Notes: generated by a model not told the origin, from the sequence alone. Shown: positions 10,204-20,333, counted from the stretch's first letter. The stretch is DNA of 56,629 nt from an uncultured virus (IMG/VR IMGVR_UViG_3300022072_000005) (IMGVR_UViG_3300022072_000005); one strand, 5' to 3'. Numbers and translations are program-made.

Positions 10204-10575
10204 ATGGCTAGAAGTAAAAAACAAAAAATTGAAGTAAATAGTAATGACTCCCTTCAGAATGTTATGCAAGAGGTTTACAATAACTCATGCACTCAAATTC
10301 AGGACGCTCAAAAGGTAATCAATGAAATTTCAGCTGCATCAAACCCAGAAGACGTTGATGAGTGGGCAAAATTAGCTAAGGCTAAAACAGATGCATTAAA
10401 AGTTAAAGACTCGGCAATTAAAATTAAATTAGACATTGGTAAACTTCAAAACGAAATTATCAAAAATAGTGGTGATGTTGCGGTGGCAATAAACAATAGT
10501 CCAGATATTGTTAGTAAAGATAGTTTTGCTAGGGTTAGGGAATTAATAGAGAATCGTAACTCAGAGTCAAAATAA
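10204..10575 (+). CDS. Hypothetical helical protein
   Basis: 123-aa ORF, first gene after the late motif. Confidence 0.75.
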   Translation: MARSKKQKIEVNSNDSLQNVMQEVYNNSCTQIQDAQKVINEISAASNPEDVDEWAKLAKAKTDALKVKDSAIKIKLDIGKLQNEIIKNSGDVAVAINNSPDIVSKDSFARVRELIENRNSESK

Positions 10576-10583
10576 TTTAAATA

Positions 10584-12038
10584 ATGGACGTTACTAAAGA
10601 AAAATCTAATGTATTTGGGCAAATTGCTGCATTAAGGGTTTCTGCTGAAGGATACCCTAAAAAGGTTATTCTAAACTCATTACAATCAATATCTCAAAAA
10701 ACAAATAGTTTAGATTTTTTAACTGATTTACTTAAATCTTTAATTGGTTTTGAATCATTAAAAGAATCTTTAGTAGATGTTTTAACCCACAACTTAGATG
10801 AAATAGAATTAGATGTTAAAAAAGCAATTAAAAAAGCTTTAAAATCTATGGTTAGTTGTAGTGTAAACCCAAAAATACCAGATTCATTTATTAATGATGG
10901 TATTACTATCGAACTTAATAAAATTGATTTCTTAGGGATGTTTAAAGTTGACCCAATTTCAGACGCTGGTAAACTATTATATAATGACGTATTTAATTTA
11001 TCAAATAGCACAGACTTCAACACATTTTTATACAATACAATACAAAACGATGGTAATGTTGATAGTTGGGGGTTATCCACAACAAATAATAAAATTTTAG
11101 ACATTCGTTTTGATGAATATGCGCCATCAGGAACAAACTTACCAAATAATACTATAAACATAAAACCTAATGAACACTACGCTATAAATAAAAAACTACC
11201 AGATTTAAATAATGATTATATTGATAGTATTCAATTATTTAATTCAGCTAAGTTAATTAATAATATAGTAGAATCTATTTTTGGTTCAATTAGTATAAAG
11301 ATTGATAAGAGTAAAAAACAAATACAAAACGAAATAAAGATTGAGGATATTATCAATAGAATAATAGATTGTGATGATGATATAATAATAGATGATAGTT
11401 ACTTCACGTTTACTAATGAAGATTTATCTTCTATTGATTATCGAAGTGAGATTAGAAGGAAAGGTGTTGACATTATCACTACTTGCGGTGATGCCGAATC
11501 AACAATTGATTTTAATACATTAACTAAACTAAACTCTGATTTAGATAGCCTTAATAATCAATCACAAAGTGATAACCTAATGGAGATTACCACTACAATA
11601 ATAAGAAATGGTTTAAATGATTTAGCAAACGAATCAGCTAATAGTGTTGGTAATAATGATAAACTTAATATAAAAATTAATTTTATTGAAAAAATGTTAA
11701 GGCAAGTAATGGCTGCTATATTTAATTCAATATTAGCACCAAAATTAATTATCATTCTAGCAGTAAATCACTCAATTATCTATGGTGAAGTTTTTGATGA
11801 CACTGAAGCTTTCATTAAAAAAAATCGTGTATTACTAACAGCTGCATTACAGTCAGTTAGGGATGCGGTTATTGGAATATTAATGGATAAAGTATTAAAA
11901 GAAGTTAAAAAATTAGTAACGGATAACGTTATTAAAACTCAAATAGAAAAAGTTAAATATAAAAAATCTCAAATAGCTAGTCTAGTTGGGGTACCAACAG
12001 ACGTTTTAAGAAAAATGGCTGGAATTATAAAAAAATAA
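10584..12038 (+). CDS. Hypothetical protein, probably virion-associated
   Basis: 484-aa ORF in an operon with a baseplate gene. Confidence 0.75.
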   Translation: MDVTKEKSNVFGQIAALRVSAEGYPKKVILNSLQSISQKTNSLDFLTDLLKSLIGFESLKESLVDVLTHNLDEIELDVKKAIKKALKSMVSCSVNPKIPDSFINDGITIELNKIDFLGMFKVDPISDAGKLLYNDVFNLSNSTDFNTFLYNTIQNDGNVDSWGLSTTNNKILDIRFDEYAPSGTNLPNNTINIKPNEHYAINKKLPDLNNDYIDSIQLFNSAKLINNIVESIFGSISIKIDKSKKQIQNEIKIEDIINRIIDCDDDIIIDDSYFTFTNEDLSSIDYRSEIRRKGVDIITTCGDAESTIDFNTLTKLNSDLDSLNNQSQSDNLMEITTTIIRNGLNDLANESANSVGNNDKLNIKINFIEKMLRQVMAAIFNSILAPKLIIILAVNHSIIYGEVFDDTEAFIKKNRVLLTAALQSVRDAVIGILMDKVLKEVKKLVTDNVIKTQIEKVKYKKSQIASLVGVPTDVLRKMAGIIKK

Positions 12039-12041
12039 AAA

Positions 12042-12464
12042 ATGGCGAGTTCAAGTTCAAGTTCAAGTTCAAGTTCAATGACTAATGTGCTTAAAACATT
12101 AAATGCAGCATTCTCAGTGCCTAGAAAACCTGTGGAAAGTTTACCACCTAAATTATTGTTAATTGGTGCTAAATTAAGACCTGGGTTAAGTGCTAGAAAT
12201 ATAGCTTCTAATGTAATAGCTAGACAATCTGAAACTGGTGCACCAGCGGGTGATGTTTTTTCAGAAAACACTAACATGATGGAATCTATGATTGTTGTTG
12301 TTGTAGAAGAAATAATTAGTGCATTGCAATTGGATGCTAAAATAGAAGTTATAATACCACCTGGTGTTCAAGTAACTACAACTGGGTTAGGTAATATGGG
12401 TGGTCCTGTAATCAGCCAAGGTATGACAACGAATATAGGTATTGGTGAAGGGGTAATTAGATAA
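12042..12464 (+). CDS. Hypothetical protein, probably baseplate-associated
   Basis: 140-aa ORF with Gly/Pro-rich C-terminal beta segment and N-terminal poly-Ser. Confidence 0.7.
   Translation: MASSSSSSSSSSMTNVLKTLNAAFSVPRKPVESLPPKLLLIGAKLRPGLSARNIASNVIARQSETGAPAGDVFSENTNMMESMIVVVVEEIISALQLDAKIEVIIPPGVQVTTTGLGNMGGPVISQGMTTNIGIGEGVIR
12048..12077 (+). repeat. (AGTTCA)5 in-frame microsatellite encoding Ser10
   Basis: Five perfect tandem copies between two ATG codons (12042, 12078). Confidence 0.95.
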
Positions 12465-12467
12465 ATT

Positions 12468-12638
12468 ATGAATTACGAAGAAATGTCAAATATGGATATT
12501 AATGCAGTTCATATTCAAATGAAAGAAGAATATGACGCTATTAAAAATCAAGTGCATAATTTAATAGATAAATTAGATAAAATGGACGCTGAATACCTTA
12601 AAGGTAAAACAGTGTTAGATAAAAGATTACAAAGATAA
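12468..12638 (+). CDS. Small coiled-coil protein (56 aa), absent from the ORF track
   Basis: MNYEEMSN...DKRLQR; fills the gap and overlaps the next ATG as TAATG. Confidence 0.75.
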   Translation: MNYEEMSNMDINAVHIQMKEEYDAIKNQVHNLIDKLDKMDAEYLKGKTVLDKRLQR

Positions 12639-13582
12639 TGAATAATAAGTATGCTTTTGGTGGTACGAGTGTTTTTAATAAAGGTTCTAAAAATCGTTTA
12701 GATACCACTATATTCTATTATGGTAAGGTAACATCAAATTTTGATGAACTAGGCGCAAATCGCATTAAAGTGCGTATAACGGGTATAGATGACAGTTTAT
12801 TTGAGAAGGATTTGAGTTATTCATTTCCTATGCTACAAAAGTTCTTTCATGTAGTGCCTAAAGTTGGTGAAACTGTAATGGTTTTTATACCAGATGTTAA
12901 AAACCCATTTATTGATAGGTTATATTTAGGTCCAATAATTTCACAACCACAAAATTTATATAAAGATAATAATTTATTTTCATCAAAATCGGTATTAGCT
13001 AGTGGTATAAAACAACCTAAACCAGCCCCAAATACAATACCAGAAAATAGAGGGGTTTACCCATCATTGGATACAATAGCAATTCAAGGTAGAAATAACT
13101 CAGACATAATTTTAAAAGAAAAAGAATTATTATTAAGAGCTGGTCAATTTGACTCTAAAACCCCTAAAGGTGATATACCAAAGTTTAATAAAATTAACCC
13201 ATCGTATATTCAAATAAAACATGATATTGTTTTAAAAGCTAATTCAGAACAGGAGGCAACTGAAGTTGGTGGTGCAATTAATATTGTTAGTAATAAGATT
13301 AATTTATTAACACATAAAAATGGTAGCCCTAGATTTACATTAAATGACCAGAATTCAATGGTTAGCGATGAAGAAATTCAAAAAATAATTAATGAGGCTC
13401 ACCCATTGGTTTTTGGGGATAGATTAAATGAATTTTTGAGTGTTTTTATAAATGCATTTACAAACCACGTACATGCTTACCCTGGGCTTAAACCCCAAGA
13501 CCTTTCTGGTGTCAATGATATTGATAAGTTGTTAGAATATGATTTAAAATCATTACTATCTAAAAATATCAAAATTAATTAA
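12638..13582 (+). CDS. Baseplate spike/hub protein (gpV/gp5-like OB-fold)
   Basis: RIKVRI.G.D...P....VPKVGETVMV N-terminus, IQGRNNSD, C-terminal HVH. Confidence 0.72.
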   Translation: MNNKYAFGGTSVFNKGSKNRLDTTIFYYGKVTSNFDELGANRIKVRITGIDDSLFEKDLSYSFPMLQKFFHVVPKVGETVMVFIPDVKNPFIDRLYLGPIISQPQNLYKDNNLFSSKSVLASGIKQPKPAPNTIPENRGVYPSLDTIAIQGRNNSDIILKEKELLLRAGQFDSKTPKGDIPKFNKINPSYIQIKHDIVLKANSEQEATEVGGAINIVSNKINLLTHKNGSPRFTLNDQNSMVSDEEIQKIINEAHPLVFGDRLNEFLSVFINAFTNHVHAYPGLKPQDLSGVNDIDKLLEYDLKSLLSKNIKIN

Positions 13583-13612
13583 TATTCCTAGATATTTATA
13601 ATAAAACGAACA

Positions 13613-15034
13613 ATGGTCTTAAGAACATACTTTGATAGGAACAATACTTTGGTATATAATAATAATACCAACACAGGTAAAAACCCTGTGGCCGAACTAT
13701 TCTATGGTGGTAATTGGCTAAGTGAAAATCCACTATTCACTAGATACATATTTCAATTCAATACTGAAAGAATTGAGGAATTTAGAGATAAAGGTATGTA
13801 TCCAGATTTATCTAAATTAACGCATACACTTAGAATGACAAATACTAGTACATTTGATGAATCATTATTAAGTAAAGAAACTGCCGATGGTAAAGATAGA
13901 ACAACATCTTTCAACTTAAATTTATTTGCTGTTAACCAAGATTGGGATGAAGGTGTTGGTTATGACTTTTCTGGTCAAAAATATTTCTCATCATCCGATG
14001 CATCAGTGTATAGTGAGGGTGCGTCAAATTGGATTGAAGCTACGAATGGTGTTAATTGGGTAGATGGTAGTGGAACATACACTGGCTCAACTTCTGGTGT
14101 TACATTACAAACACAACATTTCGAAGATGGTAATGAAAATCTTGAAATTGATATAACTGACATTGTAAACGGTTATCTAACAGGTGCTACTAATCACGGC
14201 TTAGGTTTGGCCTTTGATGATGGAAATGAAGTTAGCATAGAAGACAATCTTAAGTATGTTGGGTTCTTTACTCGTCACACACAAACATTTTATGAACCAT
14301 ATGTAGAAACTAGATACGCTGATACGATTATTGATGATAGGGGTAATTTCTACTTAGATAAAAATAATAAATTATATCTTTACGTTAACATAGGTGGGGT
14401 TCCAACGGATGTTGATACTATGACAGGTATGACCGTTACAATAAATGATAACGGTGGTGATTTATTTTCTTCATTTACAAGCAATCAAATTACCCATGTA
14501 ACTCAGGGGGTTTATTCGATAGATTTACTTGTACCAACAACTAGAATAGGTTGTACAATATACGAAGATGTTTGGTCTGGCGTTGTTATTGATGGTCTTA
14601 CAAGACCAGATATTGAATTAGAATTTGAGTTGAAAGATTCAGCTGAATATTATAATATTGGTTCTGACGCTTCAACACCAAAAACATACACGTTTAACGT
14701 ATCTGGGGTTAAAGATGGTGAAAAGATTAATAGAGGTGATATAAGAAAAGTTAGAGTTATGGCCAGAGTACCGTATAGCGTTAACCAACAAGAGGTGTTA
14801 GATACTTTAGAGTATAGATTATACATCAAAGAAGGTAAAGCTGAATATACTGTAATTGATTATGCACCAGTGGAATTAGCTTTCAATTATAATTATTTCT
14901 TATTAGATACTGCGAGTCTTGTACCACAAAGATATTATTTAGATGTTAAAGCAACGTCTAACTACGAAGTTAATACAACAAAGAATATCATTAGTTTCGA
15001 TATTACTAGTCAAGTTGATAAAAGAAAGGGGTAA
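13613..15034 (+). CDS. Putative virion structural protein (beta-rich)
   Basis: WDEGVG..SNW..W, EIDITDIV, NHGLGL pattern; ATATTTATA motif at 13592. Confidence 0.65.
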   Translation: MVLRTYFDRNNTLVYNNNTNTGKNPVAELFYGGNWLSENPLFTRYIFQFNTERIEEFRDKGMYPDLSKLTHTLRMTNTSTFDESLLSKETADGKDRTTSFNLNLFAVNQDWDEGVGYDFSGQKYFSSSDASVYSEGASNWIEATNGVNWVDGSGTYTGSTSGVTLQTQHFEDGNENLEIDITDIVNGYLTGATNHGLGLAFDDGNEVSIEDNLKYVGFFTRHTQTFYEPYVETRYADTIIDDRGNFYLDKNNKLYLYVNIGGVPTDVDTMTGMTVTINDNGGDLFSSFTSNQITHVTQGVYSIDLLVPTTRIGCTIYEDVWSGVVIDGLTRPDIELEFELKDSAEYYNIGSDASTPKTYTFNVSGVKDGEKINRGDIRKVRVMARVPYSVNQQEVLDTLEYRLYIKEGKAEYTVIDYAPVELAFNYNYFLLDTASLVPQRYYLDVKATSNYEVNTTKNIISFDITSQVDKRKG

Positions 15035-15088
15035 GTATTTACATTTTTATATATTTTAGCATATTTATTTATATAACGTAATTAATGC

Positions 15089-15149
15089 GTATTGGTCTTG
15101 AGTCGTTTATTCGACTTTGGAGTTATTTCGGTAACAAAAAGATTGGTAC
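15089..15149 (+). ncRNA. Candidate structured 5' leader (three-way junction)
   Basis: P1 GUAUUGGUCUU/AAGAUUGGUAC, P2 GAGUCG/CGACUU, P3 GUUAU-UUCG-GUAAC; G-U pairs work only on the + strand. Confidence 0.55.
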
Positions 15150-15172
15150 ATAATTAAAAATTAAAAGTAATT

Positions 15173-16030
15173 ATGAATACAAATGTAAAGGTGGGTAATC
15201 CTAACCCAACAGCAACTCTTGCTATCAATAAAGGCAGGGTAAAAATCTATAACAATAAGTCAGAAACTCCGACTTACTACCTTAAAAAAGGTCAAGAATT
15301 CCAAATTGAAGTCTTTAATACAACAACCGATACGGTATTGGCTAAAATCAAATTGAATAATAAACTTATTTCACAAAGTGGTTTGGTATTAAAACCAGGT
15401 CAGAGAGTATTCTTAGATAGGTTTTTTGATATAGACAAAAAATTTAAATTTGATACATACGAAGTGTCAGGTGGTGATGAAGTAAAACAAGCAATTATAG
15501 ATAATGGCGATGTTGAAGTTTTATTTTATAGAGAGGAACAACCATATATTAACCTCAACACGTTTAATAATACGTATGGTGGTTCATTTGGTGGGCCAGT
15601 TCACACTGATAACACTATGTTTTTTAGTGATATGGCATCAACAGGTGGTTATGTACATGATTCAGTGACAAACACAAATAACATAACATTTACGACAACA
15701 GGTAGTGTTGAGTTAGGTACTACCACATCAAACGCATCATTAGATGTTTTAAAGTCAAGTAGTGTCAAAAAAAAATCTCTAGTTAAAAAAATTAAATCTA
15801 ATAATATTGAAACTGGTAGGGTTGAGCAAGGTGCTACTTCAAATCAAAAATTCGATACTGTGAGTCTTGATTTCCAATCAAACCCATTTCACAGGGTTTC
15901 TTATAAGTTATTACCAAATTCACAAAAAAATGTGGAAACACAAGATTTACCCAAATCTTATTGTACTCAATGTGGTGCTAAAGCGAAAGCGAAAGATAAC
16001 TTCTGTTCAAAATGTGGTAAAAAAATATAA
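15173..16030 (+). CDS. Hypothetical protein with beta-rich N-domain and C-terminal zinc ribbon
   Basis: CTQCG...FCSKCG at the C-terminus; Thr/Asn/Ser-rich linker. Confidence 0.8.
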   Translation: MNTNVKVGNPNPTATLAINKGRVKIYNNKSETPTYYLKKGQEFQIEVFNTTTDTVLAKIKLNNKLISQSGLVLKPGQRVFLDRFFDIDKKFKFDTYEVSGGDEVKQAIIDNGDVEVLFYREEQPYINLNTFNNTYGGSFGGPVHTDNTMFFSDMASTGGYVHDSVTNTNNITFTTTGSVELGTTTSNASLDVLKSSSVKKKSLVKKIKSNNIETGRVEQGATSNQKFDTVSLDFQSNPFHRVSYKLLPNSQKNVETQDLPKSYCTQCGAKAKAKDNFCSKCGKKI

Positions 16031-16054
16031 ATAATATTAATTACGTTATAATTT

Positions 16055-16086
16055 AAAGGGGGGAATTTGTTTTTCCCCTTTTTTTT
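16055..16086 (+). terminator. Intrinsic terminator
   Basis: AAAGGGGGGAA...TTTTCCCC followed by a T run. Confidence 0.75.
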
Positions 16087-16101
16087 GTGTATTATTGTAT
16101 C

Positions 16102-17178
16102 ATGAATAAAACGATATTAATTACTGGTGGAGCTGGATTTATAGGTTCACACGTTGTGAATTACTTCACAGATAAATACCCTGAAACCCATTTTATTGTA
16201 ATTGACTCTTTAACATACGCATCTAATTTAAAAAATATTATGCAAGTAGAAGGTAGTTCCGTAGGGTGGAAACCAAACATGACTTTCTGGAACACTGATA
16301 TTAGAAACGTTGATTCTCTTCAAACATTATTCAAAAGTCATAACATTGATGGAATTATTCACTTAGCAGCTGAATCTCATGTTGATAATTCTATTAAAGA
16401 CCCAAATATTTTTGTGGAAACAAATGTTATTGGTACTCTTAACCTATTAAATGTTGCTAAAGAATTCTGGGGTGAAGGTTCTGAAAATAGGTTCCATCAC
16501 GTATCAACAGATGAAGTTTATGGTGATTTAACGCTTGACGAACAACCTTTCGTGGAAACGACACCTTATGACCCAAGTTCACCTTATTCAGCCTCTAAAG
16601 CAGCCTCAGACCATTTTGTAAGGGCATATGGTAGAACTTATGGGATGAATATTACAATTTCTAATTGTTCTAACAATTATGGGCCTCACCAACACGCTGA
16701 AAAGTTAATCCCAGTTGTTATTAAAAAATTAATGCATGGTGAGAAGATACCAGTTTATGGTAAGGGTGAGAATGTAAGGGATTGGTTATGGGTTGGCGAC
16801 CATGTAACGGCAATTGATGAAATATTCCATAATGGTAAAAAAGGTCACACTTATAATGTAGGTGGTGATAATGAATTAACCAATATAGAATTAATATATA
16901 AAATATGTGAATTATTCAATAATTTATATAAAAATGTTGAATCACCGATAGTAAATTTACCTGATTTTCCAATAAAGTTTGTTACAGATAGAAAAGGTCA
17001 TGATTTGAGATATGCAGTTAATTCAAATAAATTACAAACAAATCTTAATTGGAAACCTGAAAAGAAAATTTACGATGGTTTATTAGAAACAATTGAATAT
17101 TATGTTAGAACTAAAATAGTTAACGGTAAATTAGAATATGAAAATAGAACAATTAACACTGGCCGAAGTAACCCTTGA
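16102..17178 (+). CDS. rfbB: dTDP-glucose 4,6-dehydratase
   Basis: TGGAGFIGS, HLAAESHVD, HVSTDEVYG, SPYSASKA, SNNYGP, DRKGHDLRYA. Confidence 0.96.
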   Translation: MNKTILITGGAGFIGSHVVNYFTDKYPETHFIVIDSLTYASNLKNIMQVEGSSVGWKPNMTFWNTDIRNVDSLQTLFKSHNIDGIIHLAAESHVDNSIKDPNIFVETNVIGTLNLLNVAKEFWGEGSENRFHHVSTDEVYGDLTLDEQPFVETTPYDPSSPYSASKAASDHFVRAYGRTYGMNITISNCSNNYGPHQHAEKLIPVVIKKLMHGEKIPVYGKGENVRDWLWVGDHVTAIDEIFHNGKKGHTYNVGGDNELTNIELIYKICELFNNLYKNVESPIVNLPDFPIKFVTDRKGHDLRYAVNSNKLQTNLNWKPEKKIYDGLLETIEYYVRTKIVNGKLEYENRTINTGRSNP

Positions 17179-17293
17179 ATTAAAAAGGGCTAAATTTTGG
17201 GTTGAAGATACACCAATCCGCAAGTCATTAGACTTGATTAATAAAATGGAGACTATAAAATTAAAATTAATAAATAAAAGTTTGGATATATGA
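17138..17293 (+). CDS. Small hypothetical protein (51 aa)
   Basis: MKIEQLTL...KSLDI, overlapping the rfbB 3' end. Confidence 0.45.
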   Translation: MKIEQLTLAEVTLELKRAKFWVEDTPIRKSLDLINKMETIKLKLINKSLDI

Positions 17294-17312
17294 AATGTTA
17301 TTTTTATATTTG
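17281..17312 (+). promoter_or_regulatory. Bacteroidota-type sigma70 promoter of the helicase operon
   Basis: TTTG(17281)-N20-TATATTTG(17305), matching the -33/-7 consensus. Confidence 0.75.
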
Positions 17313-17342
17313 TATCATTTTAAAACAACAAAATATAATAAT

Positions 17343-18791
17343 ATGAAAAGAAATTTAGTGCTTAGAGGGTATCAAGAAGGCGCAGTAGACCACATTATGA
17401 AAACACCAGTATGTGTTTTAGCAATAGCACCCAATGGTGGTAAAACAGAAATATCTATTAAAGTTATTGATAGATATCTACAAAAAAACCCAAACGCCAA
17501 AATCTTAGTGTTACCTCACTCAACTAATGTGTTGAAAGATAATTATTATGATAGATTAGAAGAAACTAAAGTCAATTTCACATATTCAAAAGAATTTGAC
17601 CCTAATAGTAGTGTCCACATATCACTACCAAATAGTGAGAAAAAAATCACAGGTAAATATGATTTTGTAATAGTTGATGAAGCTCATGAAAATTATTTTG
17701 CAACAAGAGAACAAAGACTTATCAAGAATATAAACCCAAGTAAACAACTATTGTTAACTGGAACACCCTCTATTTTTATTAGGAAGGGTGGGTTTGATAT
17801 ATTTTTTATTGCAGCAAATCAAATTCCAGAAATATACTCAGCTAAATTAAATCTTGAATTGGTGGCATCCAACTATAAATGGTTAGGTAATTACACCAAT
17901 GACCACGAAGTTAAAAAAAGTTTCATGTTTAATGTTGATGATACACGAAAAACACTTGAAGCGGTAATGGACAAATTATTACAAAGACTTCAAACTAAAT
18001 TTACACCAGTACAATTTAATCACCCATCATGGGTAACTAAATTTAAAAATTGGGCGTTTACTTATGACCAAATTGGTAAAACAATGATTGCATGTAAAAC
18101 TATTTCACAAGCTAACACAGTTTATGATATTTTAAAAAATGAACATAATATGAATGTAGGGTTATCTCATTCATTAAATGATACTGAAAGTAGTATAATT
18201 AATGATTTTAAAGCTGGTGAGTATAATGTGTTGGTTGTTGTTAATAGAGGTCGATTAGGGTTTAGTGATGTGAATTTAATGAACCTTATTGATATGACAG
18301 GTACACATAATCCAGATATTATATTTCAAATGTTCTGTCGAGTTCTTAGAGGTACACCAGACATGACAAAATACTATATGAAGGTTACACCTAAAGAATT
18401 ACATAACATGTCATTAACACACCTCTCAGTATGCGCTGGGTTGATGTTAACAGATATTAAATTCTTAAAAATATACAACGGTAGAAATTTTAATGATATC
18501 CAAATCCCAATAATTAGAGGTAATAGACCATCACCAACTGTTGGGTCAACAAGTGGAAGTGGTGGTACAAGACCTAACCCAGTTACTAGAAATATTTTAC
18601 CAGAATTTACTTACAATGTTGTAGATACAATGAAAAGTGTGCTTCATGATGCTGAAAACATTGCCAGTATTTATAAAATGACCACTATTGGTCACGTTAA
18701 ATACACATTAGGTCATTCTAAACAAAGACCCAAATTAACATTTGAAGATATAGTAGAAAGTTGTCGAGGTAATTTATCGTTAGTGGAGTAA
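17343..18791 (+). CDS. SF2 helicase/translocase (ResIII/DEAH-like)
   Basis: LRGYQ (Q motif), APNGGKT (I), DEAH (II), LTGTP (III), FQMFCRVLR (VI); ATG 17343 lies downstream of the promoter. Confidence 0.88.
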   Translation: MKRNLVLRGYQEGAVDHIMKTPVCVLAIAPNGGKTEISIKVIDRYLQKNPNAKILVLPHSTNVLKDNYYDRLEETKVNFTYSKEFDPNSSVHISLPNSEKKITGKYDFVIVDEAHENYFATREQRLIKNINPSKQLLLTGTPSIFIRKGGFDIFFIAANQIPEIYSAKLNLELVASNYKWLGNYTNDHEVKKSFMFNVDDTRKTLEAVMDKLLQRLQTKFTPVQFNHPSWVTKFKNWAFTYDQIGKTMIACKTISQANTVYDILKNEHNMNVGLSHSLNDTESSIINDFKAGEYNVLVVVNRGRLGFSDVNLMNLIDMTGTHNPDIIFQMFCRVLRGTPDMTKYYMKVTPKELHNMSLTHLSVCAGLMLTDIKFLKIYNGRNFNDIQIPIIRGNRPSPTVGSTSGSGGTRPNPVTRNILPEFTYNVVDTMKSVLHDAENIASIYKMTTIGHVKYTLGHSKQRPKLTFEDIVESCRGNLSLVE

Positions 18792-18795
18792 TAAT

Positions 18796-19557
18796 ATGCC
18801 TGAAAAAACTCCATATAATTCAATTAAAGAATGGCGAGTTAGTAATAAAAAAGCCTATAAAGATGCTGAATCACAAGGTTATATTAATAGATTATGTGAA
18901 ATATTTGGGTGGTCTGAATATGTGAAAGAAAGGGGTAATGGGCATTGGAATCTAAATCGATGTGTTGAATCTGCAAAAGGTTTAACTAAAAAAAAATGGA
19001 GAGAAAAATTTAATTCAGCATATCAAGCAGCACATAGAAAAGGTTGGATGGGTGAATGTAATAAAGTTTTAATACATAATACTAATCCAACTGGGTTAGT
19101 TAGAAGTGAAAAAGAAAGTCATTTAATAGCATTAAAATATAGTACACTTAGAGATTTTAGAGAAAATGAACCAATTACTTATAGTCACGCATCTTATCAT
19201 GGTTGGTTACCCAAAATAACATCACACTTAATTAGGGAAACAAATAAAACTAAAACTTACACTAAAGAAGAATGTATAAATTCAGCTAAAAAATTTAAAT
19301 ATAGAAGTCAATGGGCTAAAAATGAAGTGACGTATTATAATTATGCAAGAAATAATGGTTGGTTAGATGAATGTTGTCAACATATGAATAGAAAATCTAA
19401 ATGGGAAGATTCAAATATTTGGATTGAAAAAATAACTTTCATAGATTCTAAAAAATATAAAACCGAAGAAGAATGGAAAAAAAAATCCATAGGTTCTTAT
19501 ATGACAGCTCAAAAATTAGGGATTATGGATGAATGTACTAAACATATGAAATTATGA
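18796..19557 (+). CDS. Helical repeat protein A (half repeat + 4 repeats)
   Basis: ~50-aa repeats W/Y-TKE-x-C-xx-A-KKY...EW...Y-xx-A-xx-xGWL-x-EC-xx-HM. Confidence 0.85.
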   Translation: MPEKTPYNSIKEWRVSNKKAYKDAESQGYINRLCEIFGWSEYVKERGNGHWNLNRCVESAKGLTKKKWREKFNSAYQAAHRKGWMGECNKVLIHNTNPTGLVRSEKESHLIALKYSTLRDFRENEPITYSHASYHGWLPKITSHLIRETNKTKTYTKEECINSAKKFKYRSQWAKNEVTYYNYARNNGWLDECCQHMNRKSKWEDSNIWIEKITFIDSKKYKTEEEWKKKSIGSYMTAQKLGIMDECTKHMKL

Positions 19558-20333
19558 AAGAAAAATCACCATATAAATCACTAGGTGAGTGGCGAAAAGC
19601 TAACCCAAAAGAATATAAAAAAGCTTATTCTAAAGGTTGGTTAGATGAAATATGTGGTAAGTTTAGTTGGATTAAAATTTCAAAAAAAATTAACGCTAAT
19701 GGTTATTGGAATATTAAAGAGAGGGTCTTAAATGAATCTAAAAAATATAAAACTAGAAGTGAATGGCAAAAAAATTCTTCTGGTTCATATAATTCAGCTA
19801 GAAAAAATGGTTGGTTAGACGAATGTACTGAACATATGAAAAGATTTAATAAACCAAATAAATATTGGGTTAAAAAAAAATGTATCACCGAAGCTAAAAA
19901 ATACAAAACTAGAAGTGAATGGGCTAAAAATTCTTCTGGCTCATATAATTCAGCTAAAATAAATGGTTGGTTAGATGAATGTACTAAACATATGATTGAG
20001 GTATTAAAACCGAAAGGTTATTGGACTAAAGAATTATGTTTGGTTGAAGCTAAAAAATATAAAACTAGAAATGAATGGCAAAAAAATAGCCAAACTTCAT
20101 ATAATAAATCAAGAATGAATGGTTGGTATGATGAATGTATACTTCATATGGAAATTAAAAAAATACCATCTACTTATTGGACTAAAGAATTATGTTTGGT
20201 TGAAGCTAAAAAATATAATAGTAAATCTAAATGGAAAAAAAATAATTCATCTTCTTATAACTCAGCTAGAATTAACGGTTGGTTTAATGAATGTACTAAA
20301 CATATGAAACGTGGTAGAAAAATCTCAATATAA
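19554..20333 (+). CDS. Helical repeat protein B (half repeat + 4 repeats)
   Basis: Same repeat; 156-bp DNA periodicity including an identical 45-mer at 20018 and 20174. Confidence 0.88.
   Translation: MKEKSPYKSLGEWRKANPKEYKKAYSKGWLDEICGKFSWIKISKKINANGYWNIKERVLNESKKYKTRSEWQKNSSGSYNSARKNGWLDECTEHMKRFNKPNKYWVKKKCITEAKKYKTRSEWAKNSSGSYNSAKINGWLDECTKHMIEVLKPKGYWTKELCLVEAKKYKTRNEWQKNSQTSYNKSRMNGWYDECILHMEIKKIPSTYWTKELCLVEAKKYNSKSKWKKNNSSSYNSARINGWFNECTKHMKRGRKISI

Larger units (their letters stand above)
15072..16050. repeat. Perfect 15-bp inverted repeat (15072-15086 / 16036-16050) bracketing one gene
   Basis: TATAACGTAATTAAT and ATTAATTACGTTATA; ATTTA lies directly outside both arms. Confidence 0.9.

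Noticed and set aside
15767..15775. A9 run in the zinc-ribbon gene as another frame switch
   Set aside because: Both shifted frames stop within a few codons and no alternative ORF follows; such runs are common here
18770..18800. Frameshift or readthrough fusing the helicase to repeat protein A
   Set aside because: Double TAA stop, TAG in the partner frame at 18781 and no slippery sequence
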